A DNA stretch of 64,000 nucleotides, from the NCBI GenBank assembly GCA_029573725.1, contig JAKQDQ010000122.1, positions 100,156-164,155 of the forward strand, written 5' to 3'. The notes under the pieces are model-generated. The model saw only the letters and a list, made by a program, of their open reading frames with translations, was not told the DNA's origin and did not search any database. Shown here one piece after another: positions 18,367-29,851 of the stretch. A program made the position numbers and the translations under genes. The stretch comes from Verrucomicrobiota bacterium (GTDB taxonomy: Bacteria > Verrucomicrobiota > Verrucomicrobiia > Limisphaerales > JADLHS01). The first letter of the stretch is position 1; each line of letters starts with the position of its first letter.

Positions 18367-21300
18367 GTGAATAAGAATGAATGGTTTGGTCCACAAGCCG
18401 GGCTGTTGCTCAAATCGTTGCGGGAGCGGATTCTGATTCTGGATGGCGCGATGGGGACGACCATCCGCGCGTACGGCTGCGGGGAAACAGAGATTCGCGG
18501 CGACCGGTTCAAGTCCGTGAAGAAGGACCTGAAAAATAACGGGGACCTGTTCACTTTGACGCAACCCGGCACAATCGGAGACATCCACCGCCGGTTTCTC
18601 GAAGCCGGCGCGGACATCATTGAGACCAATACGTTTTCGGCCACCGCGATCGGGCAGAGCGAGTTTTTTGTGGAGGATCCGCGTGAAACGGGAGGGCGCA
18701 AGGACCCGCAGTTCTACCAGACCATCGTCGAAAACCAGTTTCTCAACGAGCTGGCGTGGGAAATCAACGAGCGATCCGCGCGGCTGGGCCGCGAATGGGC
18801 GGAGCGCATCGCCCACCAGTCGGGTCGCCCGCGTTTTGTGGCCGGGGCCATCGGGCCGCTCACGGTTTCACTGTCCAATTCCCCGGATGCGGATGATCCC
18901 GGGTTTCGCGTTTGCACGTTTGATCAGGTGAAGCAGACCTACGCGAATCAGGTGCGGGCGCTGCTGGCGGGCGGGGTGGATTTGTTGCTGGTGGAGACGA
19001 TTTTTGACTCGCTCAACGCCAAGGCGGCGCTGGTGGCGATTCAAGAGGTGTTTGCGGCGGAGCAGAAGCGGCTGCCGATCATGATTTCAGCGGCGGTCGG
19101 GCGGGGCGGGGAAACCGTGATCTCCGCGCAAACCGTTGAAGCGTTTTGGAATGCGGTGCAACACGTGCATCCGGTGGCGGTGGGGCTGAACTGTTCGCTC
19201 GGACCGGATTTGATGCGGCCGTTCCTGGCGGAACTGGCTGCGAAGGCGGACACGGCGATTTCGTGTTATCCCAATGCGGGGCTGCCCAATCCGTTGTCGC
19301 CGACGGGATTCGATTTGCATCCGGCGGACATGGCGCGGTATCTGGGTGAATTTGGAGCGAGCGGCCTGCTGAACATTGCGGGGGGGTGTTGCGGCAATAC
19401 TCCGGAACACATTGCGGCGATTGCCCAAGCCCTGGCGCATACGCCGCCACGCGCGCCGCGCGCGGAAACCCCACTCGCCACCGGGGCGGCCGTTCCTTTG
19501 CGGCTGTCAGGTTCGCAACCCTTTACCCAACAAACCGGCACGTTTCTGGTGATTGGGGAGCGGACCAATGTGGCGGGCTCTCCCAAGTTCGCCAGGCTCA
19601 TCAAGGAGAACAAATTCGAGGAGGCCGTCGCCATTGCGCGGCAGCAGGTCGAGAACGGGGCCAACCTGCTCGATATCTGCATGGACGAAGGAATGATTGA
19701 TGGCGTGGCGGCCATGTCGCGCTTTCTGCAGTTGCTCGGCAGTGAACCCGAGGTCGCCAAGGTGCCGTTCATGGTGGATTCCTCCAAGTGGGAAGTGATC
19801 GAGGCGGGGCTGAAATGTCTGCAGGGCAAGGGGGTGGTGAACTCCATTTCGCTGAAGGAGGGAGAGGCTAAATTCCGCGAACAGGCCCGCCGGGTCCAGC
19901 AATACGGGGCGGCCGTGGTGGTGATGGCATTTGACGAAAATGGCCAGGCCGCCACCCTGGCGGACAAAATCCGCATTTGTGAACGCGCCTATAAAATCCT
20001 GGTGGACGAAGTCGGTCTGCCGCCCGAGGACATTATTTTCGACCCGAACATCCTGACGGTCGGCACGGGGATCGAGGAGCACAACAATTACGGGGTGGAT
20101 TTCATCGAAGCCACGCGCTGGATCAAGGCCCACCTGCCGCACGCGAAGGTGTCCGGCGGCGTTTCGAACATTTCGTTTTCGTTCCGCGGCAACAACAAGG
20201 TGCGGGAAGCCATGCACAGCGCTTTTTTGTACCACGCGATCAAGGCCGGGCTGGACATGGGGATTGTCAATGCGGGGATGCTGGCCGTTTACGAAGAGAT
20301 TGAGCCGGAGCTGCTCGGGCTGGTCGAGGACGTCCTGTTGAACCGGCGGCCAGATGCGACGGAACGGCTGGTGGCGTTTGGCGAAAAACTCAAGGCGACA
20401 GCTTCCGGGGCGGCAGAGGCGCCGGAGGAACAGGCGGCCTGGCGGAACGGCACCGTCGAGGAACGCCTTTCCCACGCGCTGGTGAAGGGCATAGACGCGT
20501 TCGTGATTGCGGACACCAAAGAAGCGCACGCCAAGTATGGGAAACCGCTGGCGGTGATTGAAGGACCGCTGATGGCGGGAATGGCGGTGGTCGGCGACCT
20601 GTTCGGCGCAGGGAAAATGTTTCTGCCGCAGGTGGTCAAATCCGCCCGCGTGATGAAGAAGGCGGTGAATTATCTGACGCCCTTCATGGAGGCGGAAAAG
20701 GCGGAAAAGGCGGCGCGGGGCGAGGAGGTCAAATCCCAGGGGAAGATTGTCCTGGCCACGGTGAAAGGGGACGTGCATGACATTGGCAAGAACATCGTCG
20801 GGGTCGTGCTGGCGTGCAACAATTACGAGGTGCTCGATCTGGGAGTCATGGTGCCGAGCGAGAAAATCCTGGATACCGCGCAACGCGAAAAGGCTGACAT
20901 CATCGGCTTGAGCGGGTTGATCACGCCGTCGCTGGACGAAATGGCCCACGTGGCATGCGAGATGGAGCGCACCGGTTGCAAACTGCCGTTGCTGATCGGC
21001 GGGGCGACAACGACCAAGGCCCACACCGCCATCAAAATCGCCCCGCATTACCATGAGCCCGTCGTGCATGTTCTGGATGCCAGCCGGGCGGTGCCGACGG
21101 TGAGCAGTCTGCTGAATGCCGCGAGCAGGCCGGCGTTTGTAGCCCAAATCACCGGGGAATACGAGAAGCTCCGCCTGCGGCATCAGGGCGCAGCGGTGAA
21201 ACTGCTCTCATTTGCCGCGGCCCGCGCGAATCGTCCGAACCTCACTTATGATGATCTGCCACAGCCGGAGTTCCTTGGCATTCGGACCCTGAGCTCGGAC

Positions 21301-22260
21301 GGATTCTCCCGGGGGAATTGTGATTGTCAGGTGGCGTTTGGGCATGCCGGAGAGTTTTCGGTTGCGCTGGAGGACATCGTGCCGGTGGTGGACTGGACGC
21401 CGCTGTTCCACGCGTGGGAATTGCGCGGGGTATATCCCAAAATTTTCCAGCACGAACGGCACGGCGAGCAGGCGCGGCAACTTTTTGCCGATGCGCAAAG
21501 CCTCCTGGAGAAAATCGTTGCCGGAAAGTTGCTGCGCTTGCGCGCCGTGTATGGGCTGTTTCCCGCCAATTCCGTCGGTGAAAGCGTGGAGATTTACACC
21601 GACGAATCGCGGCAACAGGTGCATGCCACCTTTCACTTCCTGCGCCAGCAGATGGATAAAGGAGATGGAACGCCCAATCGCTGCCTGGCGGATTTTATCG
21701 CGCCCCGCGGGAACGGGCACACGGACAAACTCCTGCCCGATCATATCGGCGCATTTGCAGTCACCTCGGGAATGGGGTTGAAGGAGTTGATTGAAAGTTT
21801 CAAGGCGCAGCAGGATGATTATAATGCCATCATGGCGGAGGCGCTGGCTGACCGCCTGGCCGAAGGCTTTGCGGAGTATCTGCATAGGCGGGTGCGTGCG
21901 GAATGGGGGTTTGGCCGCGACGAGAATCTGACCACCGATGACTTGATCGCCGAGAAATATCGCGGCATCCGTCCGGCTGCGGGTTATCCCGCGTGTCCGG
22001 ATCATCCGGAGAAGGCGACCCTGTGGAAGTTGCTGGACGTGGAGCGGCATACGGGGATCAAGTTGACGGAAAACTTCGCCATGTGGCCGGGCTCCAGTGT
22101 GAGTGGACTTTATTTTGCACATCCCGAGGCCAAGTATTTCGCGGTGGGCAAACTTGGAAAGGATCAGGTCGAAGATCACGCCCGGCGCAAAAACTTTACC
22201 GTTGCCGAGGATGAGCGCTGGCTCAATCCGTGGCTGGGTTATGCCAGCAACGGAGTCTAG
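18367..22260 (+). CDS. metH: cobalamin-dependent methionine synthase
   Basis: All modules are present: Hcy-binding ([11 protein letters not shown]...[11 protein letters not shown]), pterin-binding, the B12 cap and B12-binding domain ([11 protein letters not shown]), and the AdoMet activation domain. The start is uncertain. The track ORF opens at TTG 18319; GTG 18367 gives an N-terminus of canonical length. Confidence 0.93.
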   Translation: MNKNEWFGPQAGLLLKSLRERILILDGAMGTTIRAYGCGETEIRGDRFKSVKKDLKNNGDLFTLTQPGTIGDIHRRFLEAGADIIETNTFSATAIGQSEFFVEDPRETGGRKDPQFYQTIVENQFLNELAWEINERSARLGREWAERIAHQSGRPRFVAGAIGPLTVSLSNSPDADDPGFRVCTFDQVKQTYANQVRALLAGGVDLLLVETIFDSLNAKAALVAIQEVFAAEQKRLPIMISAAVGRGGETVISAQTVEAFWNAVQHVHPVAVGLNCSLGPDLMRPFLAELAAKADTAISCYPNAGLPNPLSPTGFDLHPADMARYLGEFGASGLLNIAGGCCGNTPEHIAAIAQALAHTPPRAPRAETPLATGAAVPLRLSGSQPFTQQTGTFLVIGERTNVAGSPKFARLIKENKFEEAVAIARQQVENGANLLDICMDEGMIDGVAAMSRFLQLLGSEPEVAKVPFMVDSSKWEVIEAGLKCLQGKGVVNSISLKEGEAKFREQARRVQQYGAAVVVMAFDENGQAATLADKIRICERAYKILVDEVGLPPEDIIFDPNILTVGTGIEEHNNYGVDFIEATRWIKAHLPHAKVSGGVSNISFSFRGNNKVREAMHSAFLYHAIKAGLDMGIVNAGMLAVYEEIEPELLGLVEDVLLNRRPDATERLVAFGEKLKATASGAAEAPEEQAAWRNGTVEERLSHALVKGIDAFVIADTKEAHAKYGKPLAVIEGPLMAGMAVVGDLFGAGKMFLPQVVKSARVMKKAVNYLTPFMEAEKAEKAARGEEVKSQGKIVLATVKGDVHDIGKNIVGVVLACNNYEVLDLGVMVPSEKILDTAQREKADIIGLSGLITPSLDEMAHVACEMERTGCKLPLLIGGATTTKAHTAIKIAPHYHEPVVHVLDASRAVPTVSSLLNAASRPAFVAQITGEYEKLRLRHQGAAVKLLSFAAARANRPNLTYDDLPQPEFLGIRTLSSDGFSRGNCDCQVAFGHAGEFSVALEDIVPVVDWTPLFHAWELRGVYPKIFQHERHGEQARQLFADAQSLLEKIVAGKLLRLRAVYGLFPANSVGESVEIYTDESRQQVHATFHFLRQQMDKGDGTPNRCLADFIAPRGNGHTDKLLPDHIGAFAVTSGMGLKELIESFKAQQDDYNAIMAEALADRLAEGFAEYLHRRVRAEWGFGRDENLTTDDLIAEKYRGIRPAAGYPACPDHPEKATLWKLLDVERHTGIKLTENFAMWPGSSVSGLYFAHPEAKYFAVGKLGKDQVEDHARRKNFTVAEDERWLNPWLGYASNGV

Positions 22261-22365
22261 ACGTGCTGCCTGAGCCCGCCTGCCGTCACGGAAGGGCTGC
22301 CGATTTCCCATCGGGACGGATTACCGGACACTTGTGTTTTGCGGGAGACGGAATAATCTTGCCCC

Positions 22366-22818
22366 ATGAAGAACGACGTCGTGCCGGTGCAGATCCGCGG
22401 CATCCTCCCCATCAACAACAGTTGCGCGTTGTTTGTAGGAAATGATGAAAAGGTGTTTGTCATCAACATCGAGCCGCAGATGGGGCATATCATCGGAATG
22501 TTTCTGCGGGACACCCCCAAGGAACGCCCGTTAACGCATGACCTTATGAAGAACGTCTTCAAAGGATTTGGGATTTCAGTCGAACGGGTGATCATCACGG
22601 ATTTGCGTAATTCCACGTATTACGCGCGGCTCATTCTTTCGCAGAGCAACGAAGTGGCGAAAAAGCTGGTGGAAATTGATGCGCGCCCCAGTGATTGTCT
22701 GGCGCTGGCTTCAGCCGAAAAGTGCAAGATTTACGTCAACCGGCCCCTGTTCGAGCAGCTGGAGGACATGACCGAGCAGCTCAATCAAATGAATCAAGGC
22801 GAAGATGCGCCAGAGTAA
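22366..22818 (+). CDS. bifunctional nuclease (BFN/DUF151) family protein
   Basis: 150 aa. ...VQIRGILPINNSCALFVGNDEKVFVINIEPQMGHIIG...ERPLTHDLM...VIITDLRNSTYYARLIL matches the BFN domain pattern. Confidence 0.7.
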   Translation: MKNDVVPVQIRGILPINNSCALFVGNDEKVFVINIEPQMGHIIGMFLRDTPKERPLTHDLMKNVFKGFGISVERVIITDLRNSTYYARLILSQSNEVAKKLVEIDARPSDCLALASAEKCKIYVNRPLFEQLEDMTEQLNQMNQGEDAPE

Positions 22819-23971
22819 ACTGGCCGACCCACCCCGCGTGCCGGACCCGCCCGTGGTGCTGTTCCACGGAGACGATGATTTTGCCGTCAAACAGCAGGCC
22901 AAAGCGCTGTACCACCGGTGGACGGCGGAACTGGGCGGGATGGACCACGAGATCATTGAGGCTGCCGTTGCAAACAGCGGCGAGGCCTTGAAGGTGGTCG
23001 GCAAATTCCGCGAGGCATTGCAAACCCTGCCATTCTTCGGTTCCGCCAAGGTCGTCTGGTTGCGTGACTGCACATTTCTTGGTGAGGATGCGGTGAGTGC
23101 CGCGGCCGCGGTGGCGGGGGCAGTGACGGAACTGGCCAGGGAGTTGCGGGAATTCCGCTGGGACGGGGTGCGCCTGCTGATCAGCGCCGGGAAGGTGGAC
23201 AAGCGGAAAGCCATCTTCAAAACACTGGAGAAAATCGGCAGGGTTGAATGTTTCGCAAGCTGGTCGGCCAACGACAAGGATTGGCTGGATCGTGCCGAAG
23301 CCCTCGTCCAAACTCAAATCCGGGAAGCCGGCAAACGCATTGCCGATCGGGCACTGCGGGAATTGGTGGCCCGCGTGGGGCCTCTGCCGCGCCAGCTGGC
23401 CAGCGAAGTGGAAAAACTCTGTCTCTACGCAGATACACGCGACGAAATCACCCCGGAGGACGTGGAGGTCATTTGCGTGAGAAACAAACAAGCGCGCGCC
23501 TTTGCCCTGGGCGACGCCTTGGGAGACCGCGATTTGCCGGCGTTGCTGGCACGTTTGGATGATGAGCTGTGGGCGACGAAATTCGACAAGGACAAAAGTG
23601 AAATCGGGTTGCTGTACGGCCTGATCTCCAAGCTGCGGGTGCTGTTATTGTTGAAAGAGATGGTGCGGGAAGGCTGGGTGCGGCCCGTGCCTCGTTTTGC
23701 TGAATTCAAGATGCAACTGGATCGCGTTCCCGCCGCCAGGTTGCCTGCGGACAAGAAATACAATCCACTGGCTTTCAATCCTTACGTATTGTTCAAGGCA
23801 CTGCCGCAAATCAACAATTACTCAACGGCGGAGTTGGTGCGCGGGCTGGAGGGCTTGTTGCAAGCCAATCAACGTCTGGTGACAAGTGGATTGGACGAGT
23901 CCATGGTTTTACAACAGGTTTTGCTTGAAATTGTGGGGACCGGCCCCGCGCGAGGACGCGGGCGGTGGTGA
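22805..23971 (+). CDS. holA: DNA polymerase III delta subunit
   Basis: 388 aa. The N-terminus reads ...VVLFHGDDDFAVKQQAKAL..., and the remainder is helical with length and organisation typical of HolA. It overlaps the upstream gene by 14 nt. Confidence 0.65.
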   Translation: MRQSKLADPPRVPDPPVVLFHGDDDFAVKQQAKALYHRWTAELGGMDHEIIEAAVANSGEALKVVGKFREALQTLPFFGSAKVVWLRDCTFLGEDAVSAAAAVAGAVTELARELREFRWDGVRLLISAGKVDKRKAIFKTLEKIGRVECFASWSANDKDWLDRAEALVQTQIREAGKRIADRALRELVARVGPLPRQLASEVEKLCLYADTRDEITPEDVEVICVRNKQARAFALGDALGDRDLPALLARLDDELWATKFDKDKSEIGLLYGLISKLRVLLLLKEMVREGWVRPVPRFAEFKMQLDRVPAARLPADKKYNPLAFNPYVLFKALPQINNYSTAELVRGLEGLLQANQRLVTSGLDESMVLQQVLLEIVGTGPARGRGRW

Positions 23972-24032
23972 TGCCCAAGGAAACCTTGAATTGAGTGAGC
24001 CGAGGAAAGTGACAACATCCTGCGCCAGCCTG

Positions 24033-24551
24033 ATGGTCTTGACAGGGGAGCATTTTGCCTGCGTCAAGGTCACAGGCCGGGCAACTTTCACCCTGGCGAT
24101 CGATTTCAAGGCTCTGCTCACCAGATTGGAAGCCCGCGGTTACCCTTATCTGGTCATTGAGCTGGCAGACTGTTCGCTGATGGACAGCACGTTTCTCGGC
24201 GTTCTGGCGGCGTCAGCCGCCCGGTTAAACCCAGTCAACGCAGAATGCGAAACCCGCGCAATCGAACTGCGCAACGCCAATACACGATTACTCGACCTGC
24301 TTGAGAGCCTCGGTGTGTTGCACCTGTTTAAGCTGGGGCACGAGCCCGTCCCGGACCAAGGGTATCAGAAGGCCGTGCCCATGGATGCCTGCCAACAATC
24401 TCGGGAAAATCTAATTCAGGCCTCGCTTGAGGCACATGAAACGTTGATGCAGATCAATCCCGATAACGTTGAGCGGTTCAAAGAAGTCACCAGATTTCTC
24501 AAGGAAGACCTGAAAAAGTCCAAAAACAGCAGGAATCGTGGCGAGGCGTGA
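24033..24551 (+). CDS. STAS-domain protein (anti-sigma-antagonist-like fold)
   Basis: ...CVKVTGRATFTLAIDFKALLTRLEARGYPYLVIELADCSLMDSTFLGVLA... shows a STAS pattern. I start it at ATG 24033 (GTG 24009 is also possible), because the longer track ORF would overlap holA. Confidence 0.55.
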   Translation: MVLTGEHFACVKVTGRATFTLAIDFKALLTRLEARGYPYLVIELADCSLMDSTFLGVLAASAARLNPVNAECETRAIELRNANTRLLDLLESLGVLHLFKLGHEPVPDQGYQKAVPMDACQQSRENLIQASLEAHETLMQINPDNVERFKEVTRFLKEDLKKSKNSRNRGEA

Positions 24552-24684
24552 TGGGAGAATTACGACTTTCATCGGCCGGAAAGGTTGCGTAAGGCCGGCC
24601 TAAATCGGCTGCTTTCCTGAGTTCGAGGTTCTTATTGTTCGGTTTGCTAAGCATTTTATTATTGAATTTTATGCCCGTTACGTT

Positions 24685-24708
24685 AGCCTGAACCGGCGTC
24701 AGGCTTTT
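24685..24708 (+). terminator. terminator-like hairpin in the rpoD upstream region
   Basis: 7-bp stem AGCCTGA (24685-24691) / TCAGGCT (24699-24705) with a 7-nt loop, running into TTTT (24705-24708). It lies 133 nt upstream of the rpoD ATG. Confidence 0.35.
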
Positions 24709-24840
24709 GGAGTTGTAACGTTCCCAAGATTTTGCGACCGGACACAAAACGGTGAGATACTGCAGTTTTCCATCATTGATTTTACGACCGAATCATGAGT
24801 CGCCCCCGCCCAGAAGTGCTGGCCTCGTCCATTTAACATT

Positions 24841-26727
24841 ATGCTAAAACGAAAGTCTGTCCGAAATACCGCCATTAATTCTCGAAATCCTGCATCTGCA
24901 CGAAAATCCTCCCCAGCCAAGACGGCCTCTGTTCGACGCCGTTTCGTCCTGCCCGCCACCCGGCGTCAGACCAAACCTGCCACCGCAGCGGGGGCCAAAA
25001 AGGAAGCGGCTGCCCGGCGTAATCCGGAGGTGAAGGAAGAGGCGAAGAAGCCGGAAATTCCGACACAAATCGCCGCAATGGCGAATCCGAGTGCGGGTGC
25101 GGTGGACATGACCGAGACCGTGAAGATGTTGCTGCACCTCTCGCAGGAACATGGGTATATCACGTTTGATGACATCAATGACATTTTGCCGGACGGGTTG
25201 ACCCCGGCGGACCTGGACACGCTGTTCACCAAGCTGCGCAGCCTGGATATTGAAATTGTGGATCAAGCCGAGGTGCAGCGCACCACCAAGAAAGACGAGG
25301 CGGAGGAGCCCGAGGAGGACTCCCGACTGGAAATTTTGGATGACCCGGTGCGGATGTACATGAACCAGATGGGAAAGGTGCCCCTGCTGACCCGGGAACA
25401 GGAAGTGGAGATTTGCAAACGCATCGAAGATGCGGAGATCGCCATGAAGCAGATCATCTGCGGTCTTGGGTTCACCGCCAAAGAGCATATTGCGATTGCT
25501 GAAAAACTGCTGTCCGAGCCGCCCAAGGAGCGGTTTGACCGGGTCGTAATTGACAAGAAAGTGGCGAACCGGGAGGGGCATTTGAAGGATTTGCGGATTC
25601 TGATAAAAAAAGTCCGCACGGCCGATGCCAAGGTGGATGAGAAATACGCGGCTTTGATGAAGATCTCCCAAAAGGGGCGCAGGGAAAAGGCGCACAAAGA
25701 GTTTGGCCGGCTGAACCAAAAACTGCAGGAGATGTTTCAAAAGTTCGCCTACAAACAAAAGGTGATCGAGGAGATGATCGTGGTCGCGGGAAACATTTAT
25801 GAAAATCTCCAGACGAGCTCCCGCCGCATCCAGGAATTGGAGCGGCTGCGCAGCACTTCCGAACGCCGCGCCGCCGTGGAGGCGGAACAGGCGCGCATCC
25901 GCACCCTGGAGCAGTTCGTGCGTATGCCGAAGGAGGAGTTTGCCAAGGCGTTTGCCGCCTTGCGGGAGGCCGCCGACCGGGCGCATCGTGCCAAAACGCA
26001 CATGGCCGAAGCCAATTTGCGTTTGGTGGTTTCCGTCGCCAAAAAGTACACCAATCGCGGGCAATCCTTCCTTGATCTCATCCAGGAAGGCAACATCGGT
26101 TTGATGAAGGGGGTGGAGAAATTCGAGTACCGTCGCGGTTACAAATTCTCGACCTATGCCATCTGGTGGATTCGCCAGGCCATCACCCGGTCCATCGCCG
26201 ATCAGGCGCGCACCATCCGCATCCCGGTTCACATGATCGAGATCATGAACAAGCTTTGGCGCGCGCAGAAGCAGCTCACGCAGGAGCTGGGGCGTGAGCC
26301 CACCCCGGAAGAACTGGCCGACGAGATGCACATGCCGGTCAGCCGCATTAATTCGCTGCTCAAGATGGCGCAACAACCCGTTTCCTTGCATGCGCCCGTC
26401 GGCGATGACGGGGATGTGAGCGTGGGCGATTTCATCGAGGACAAGAGCGCGGAAAATCCGTCCGACGTGACCAGCTACTCGTTGCTCAAGGAGAAGCTGG
26501 GCGATGTGCTTACCACGCTGACCGAACGTGAGCGCAAGATCCTCGAGATGCGCTTCGGGCTTGTGGACGGCTACGAGCGCACGCTCGAAGAAATCGGCAA
26601 GATGTACAATGTCACCCGTGAGCGCATCCGCCAGATTGAGGCCAAGGCGCTCCGCAAGCTGCGCCATCCGACCCGGGTGCGGCATTTGCAGGGATTCCTG
26701 GACAGCGAGGACGCCGCGGCCGCCTGA
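24841..26727 (+). CDS. rpoD: primary RNA polymerase sigma factor (sigma-70)
   Basis: 628 aa. [65 protein letters not shown] (regions 2.x), and the region 4.2 sequence ...[30 protein letters not shown]. Confidence 0.97.
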   Translation: MLKRKSVRNTAINSRNPASARKSSPAKTASVRRRFVLPATRRQTKPATAAGAKKEAAARRNPEVKEEAKKPEIPTQIAAMANPSAGAVDMTETVKMLLHLSQEHGYITFDDINDILPDGLTPADLDTLFTKLRSLDIEIVDQAEVQRTTKKDEAEEPEEDSRLEILDDPVRMYMNQMGKVPLLTREQEVEICKRIEDAEIAMKQIICGLGFTAKEHIAIAEKLLSEPPKERFDRVVIDKKVANREGHLKDLRILIKKVRTADAKVDEKYAALMKISQKGRREKAHKEFGRLNQKLQEMFQKFAYKQKVIEEMIVVAGNIYENLQTSSRRIQELERLRSTSERRAAVEAEQARIRTLEQFVRMPKEEFAKAFAALREAADRAHRAKTHMAEANLRLVVSVAKKYTNRGQSFLDLIQEGNIGLMKGVEKFEYRRGYKFSTYAIWWIRQAITRSIADQARTIRIPVHMIEIMNKLWRAQKQLTQELGREPTPEELADEMHMPVSRINSLLKMAQQPVSLHAPVGDDGDVSVGDFIEDKSAENPSDVTSYSLLKEKLGDVLTTLTERERKILEMRFGLVDGYERTLEEIGKMYNVTRERIRQIEAKALRKLRHPTRVRHLQGFLDSEDAAAA

Positions 26728-26827
26728 GCGTGCCAATGTCCCGCGGCCGCCGTTCGTGCGGGTTGCCCGCGCGGAATCATTCGGTTTGACATGCGCCGAG
26801 GATTCCGAAAATTATGGGCGCTCGGTG

Positions 26828-26902
<75 letters not shown>

Positions 26903-26954
26903 CGCCGACTTTCCCGCGTCGGGCGGATCACCCCCCGGTGGAGACGCTCCTACG

Positions 26955-26982
26955 TTGACGACGGCACCTCATTTGGTAGCCT
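26955..26982 (+). promoter_or_regulatory. sigma-70-like promoter candidate for ppdK
   Basis: TTGACG (26955-26960), a 16-nt spacer, then an extended -10 TGgTAGCCT (26974-26982). It lies about 50 nt upstream of the ppdK ATG. Confidence 0.3.
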
Positions 26983-27032
26983 GAACGCCCGGTTTTACGG
27001 TTCATTTTCGGATAACAAATACCAGTTCATTT

Positions 27033-29783
27033 ATGGCAAAAGCAAAATCCACCAAATACGTGTATCAATGGGGCAACAACAAAGCCGATGGCGACGGCAG
27101 CATGAAGGCCCTGCTCGGCGGCAAGGGGGCGAATCTCGCCGAAATGACCCGCATTGGTCTGCCCGTGCCTCCGGGGTTTACGGTGACCACCGAGGTTTGC
27201 ACCTATTTTTACGCGCATAAAAAAACCTACCCCAGGGAACTGCGCAAACAGATTGAGGCCGGAGTCGCCAACATGGAAAAAATCATGGGGGCGAAATTTG
27301 GCGCGGCCAGCGGCCGCCCCCTGCTCGTGGCGGTCCGCTCGGGCGCCCGCGATTCCATGCCCGGCATGATGGATACGATTTTGAATCTGGGGCTCAACGA
27401 CCAGACGGTTTTCGCCCTGGAACGCGCCACGAACAACCCGCGCTTCGCATGGGACTGTTACCGTCGTTTTATTCAGATGTATGGCGACGTCGTTTTGGGG
27501 GTGCAAAAGCGTGAAGGCGAAGATCACGAGCCCTTTGAGACGGTGATTCATGCGTTGAAGGAGGAGCGTTACCATGCGGACATTGAAGACTCGAAGCTGA
27601 CCGCCGCCGACCAGGCCGAGCTGGTCAAGCGGTTCAAGGCGCTGGTCAAGGAGCGCACCGGAAGGAACTTTCCCGAGAACCCGTGGGACCAGCTTCAGGG
27701 TGCCGCCAGTGCGGTCTTTGGTTCCTGGATGAATGATCGCGCCATCGTTTACCGGCGAAAATACAACATCCCGTCCGAATGGGGCACGGCCGTCAATGTA
27801 CAGGCAATGGTCTTCGGCAACACCGGGGAGAATTCCGGTTCCGGAGTCGCCTTCACCCGGAACCCCGCCAATGGCACGAATGAGTTTTACGGGGAGTTTC
27901 TGATCAACGCGCAGGGAGAGGACGTCGTGGCCGGAGTGCGGACTCCCGAACCCGTCGCCAAGTTGAAGGAGCAGATGCCCCAGACTTACAAGGAATTGCT
28001 GCGCGTGCGGCAGATTCTCGAAAAGCACTTCAAGGACGTACAGGACATCGAATTTACCGTGCAGGAGGGCAAGTTGTTCATGCTGCAAACGCGCAATGGC
28101 AAGCGCACCGCCGCCGCCGCCCTCAAATTTGCCGCCGACATGGTGAGAGAAAAGCTGATCGATTGGGAGACGGCGATTCTGCGCAATCCCGCGGACCAGC
28201 TCTCCCAGCTGCTGACCCCCATTTTCGATGTCGCGGAGCTGCAGAAGGCCGAAATAATCGCCTCCGGTCTCCCCGCCGGTCCCGGGGCAGCCACCGGCAA
28301 GATTTATTTCAATGCCGATCGCGCTGCCCAGGCCGCAGAAAAGGGCGAGGAGGTTTTGCTCGTCCGGCTGGAAACCTCACCGGAAGACCTGCGGGGCATG
28401 ATCGCAGCAGAGGGAATTCTCACCGCACGCGGGGGGGTCAGCTCGCACGCGGCCCTGGTCGCCCGCCAAATGGGCAAGGTTTGCGTGTGCGGCGCATCCG
28501 GAGTCATCATCAATTATGACAAGAAAACCGCAACCATCGGCGGGCAGACTTTTACCGAAGGCGATTTTCTTTCCATTGATGGCACCTCAGGCGCCGTTTA
28601 CGCCGGACAAATCAAAACCGCACCTTCCGAGATCATTGCCGGATTGCTGCACAACGACGCGGCGGCGCAAAAGACTGAAAAATACCGCCAGTACGTGCAG
28701 CTGATGAAGTGGTGCCGGCAGGCCACCCGGTTGGTCGTGCGCACCAATGCCGACACGCCCGAGCAGGCGGCCATGGCCGTGGCTTTCGGCGCGGAAGGCA
28801 TCGGTCTGACCCGCACCGAGCACATGTTCTTTGAGGGAAACCGCATTGATTCCATGCGCGAAATGATCCTGGCCGACACCCAGGAAGCGCGTGAAGCGGC
28901 CCTGGCCAAATTGCTCCCCTATCAACGCGAAGACTTCTACGGAATTTTCAAGGCGTTGAAGGGACACCCGGCCACCATTCGCTTCCTGGATCCGCCTTTG
29001 CACGAATTTCTACCACAGTCCAAGGAGCAGCAGATGGACTTTGCGCGCAAGCAGGGAATCAACATCGAGAAGATTATGAACCGGGTGAACGAACTGCATG
29101 AGTTTAACCCGATGCTGGGTTTCCGGGGTTGCCGCCTGGGCATCCGCTACCCGGAAATTACCCGGATGCAGGCCCGCGCGGTTCTCGAGGCCGCCGCGGA
29201 CGCCACGAAGGACGGGTACAAGGCCAGACCGGAAATCATGATTCCCCTGGTGGGCTTCAAGCGCGAGCTCGATTTGCAGGTGGCCATTGTTCACGAGGTG
29301 GCGGCCCTGGTGCAGAAGGAAAAGCAGGTCAAGATCAACTACTCCGTCGGCACCATGATCGAGATTCCGCGCGGCGCCTTGACGGCCGATGAGATCGCCG
29401 AGACGGCGGAATTCTTCAGCTTCGGCACGAACGACCTCACGCAAACCTGTCTTGGCATGTCCCGTGACGATTCCGGCACCTTCCTCGGGGCGTACACCGA
29501 GCATGAAATTGTGAAGAAAAATCCGTTTGCCTCGGTGGACCAGACCGGGGTTGGTCAACTCATGCAAATCGCCGTGGAAAAAGGAAGGCGCACCCGCCCC
29601 AACATCAAGCTGGGCATTTGTGGTGAACATGGCGGTGACCCGGACTCGGTAAAATTCTGCCATCAACTCGGCCTGTCCTACGTCAGTTGTTCTCCCTATC
29701 GCGTGCCGGTGGCGCGCCTGGCCGCGGCGCAAGCGGCGGTTGAAGAGAAACGCCGGACCAAAGCCGCAAAGAAAAAGAAATAA
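27033..29783 (+). CDS. ppdK: pyruvate, phosphate dikinase
   Basis: 916 aa. The N-terminus is ...[32 protein letters not shown]. The phospho-His region is [19 protein letters not shown]. The C-terminal PEP-utilising TIM barrel includes ...[11 protein letters not shown]. Confidence 0.97.
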   Translation: MAKAKSTKYVYQWGNNKADGDGSMKALLGGKGANLAEMTRIGLPVPPGFTVTTEVCTYFYAHKKTYPRELRKQIEAGVANMEKIMGAKFGAASGRPLLVAVRSGARDSMPGMMDTILNLGLNDQTVFALERATNNPRFAWDCYRRFIQMYGDVVLGVQKREGEDHEPFETVIHALKEERYHADIEDSKLTAADQAELVKRFKALVKERTGRNFPENPWDQLQGAASAVFGSWMNDRAIVYRRKYNIPSEWGTAVNVQAMVFGNTGENSGSGVAFTRNPANGTNEFYGEFLINAQGEDVVAGVRTPEPVAKLKEQMPQTYKELLRVRQILEKHFKDVQDIEFTVQEGKLFMLQTRNGKRTAAAALKFAADMVREKLIDWETAILRNPADQLSQLLTPIFDVAELQKAEIIASGLPAGPGAATGKIYFNADRAAQAAEKGEEVLLVRLETSPEDLRGMIAAEGILTARGGVSSHAALVARQMGKVCVCGASGVIINYDKKTATIGGQTFTEGDFLSIDGTSGAVYAGQIKTAPSEIIAGLLHNDAAAQKTEKYRQYVQLMKWCRQATRLVVRTNADTPEQAAMAVAFGAEGIGLTRTEHMFFEGNRIDSMREMILADTQEAREAALAKLLPYQREDFYGIFKALKGHPATIRFLDPPLHEFLPQSKEQQMDFARKQGINIEKIMNRVNELHEFNPMLGFRGCRLGIRYPEITRMQARAVLEAAADATKDGYKARPEIMIPLVGFKRELDLQVAIVHEVAALVQKEKQVKINYSVGTMIEIPRGALTADEIAETAEFFSFGTNDLTQTCLGMSRDDSGTFLGAYTEHEIVKKNPFASVDQTGVGQLMQIAVEKGRRTRPNIKLGICGEHGGDPDSVKFCHQLGLSYVSCSPYRVPVARLAAAQAAVEEKRRTKAAKKKK

Positions 29784-29817
29784 GCGACCGCATCAACCGC
29801 TCCGCCGCCAGGAGCAG

Positions 29818-29851
29818 GCCGTCCCGCCCGACCGGGGCGGCCTGCGACGGC
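29818..29851. terminator. composite GC hairpin between convergent ppdK and queG
   Basis: The outer stem is GCCGTC (29818-29823) / GACGGC (29846-29851). The inner stem is CCGCCC (29824-29829) / GGGCGG (29835-29840). A 5-nt bulge separates them. Confidence 0.35.

Noticed and set aside
18151-18816. A 221-aa minus-strand ORF spanning the metH start region.
   Set aside because: It is antisense to the well-conserved MetH N-terminal domain and is Arg/Pro-rich with no motifs. It shows the same compositional artefact as the other antisense ORFs.
24844-26736. Very long ORFs exactly antisense to real genes. Examples are a 630-aa ORF opposite rpoD, 851 aa opposite GH92 (51818-54373), 607 aa at 40031-41854, 582 aa at 1670-3418, 558 aa opposite metH, 562 aa opposite the giant exoprotein, and 527 aa opposite cysT.
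   Set aside because: For the two I checked (rpoD and GH92), the antisense codons are in exact register with the sense codons. Antisense stops would therefore require the sense codons TTA, CTA or TCA, which are rare in this GC-rich, GC3-biased genome. The translations are Arg/Gly/Pro/His-rich with no recognisable domains. This is the expected compositional artefact, not evidence for overlapping genes.
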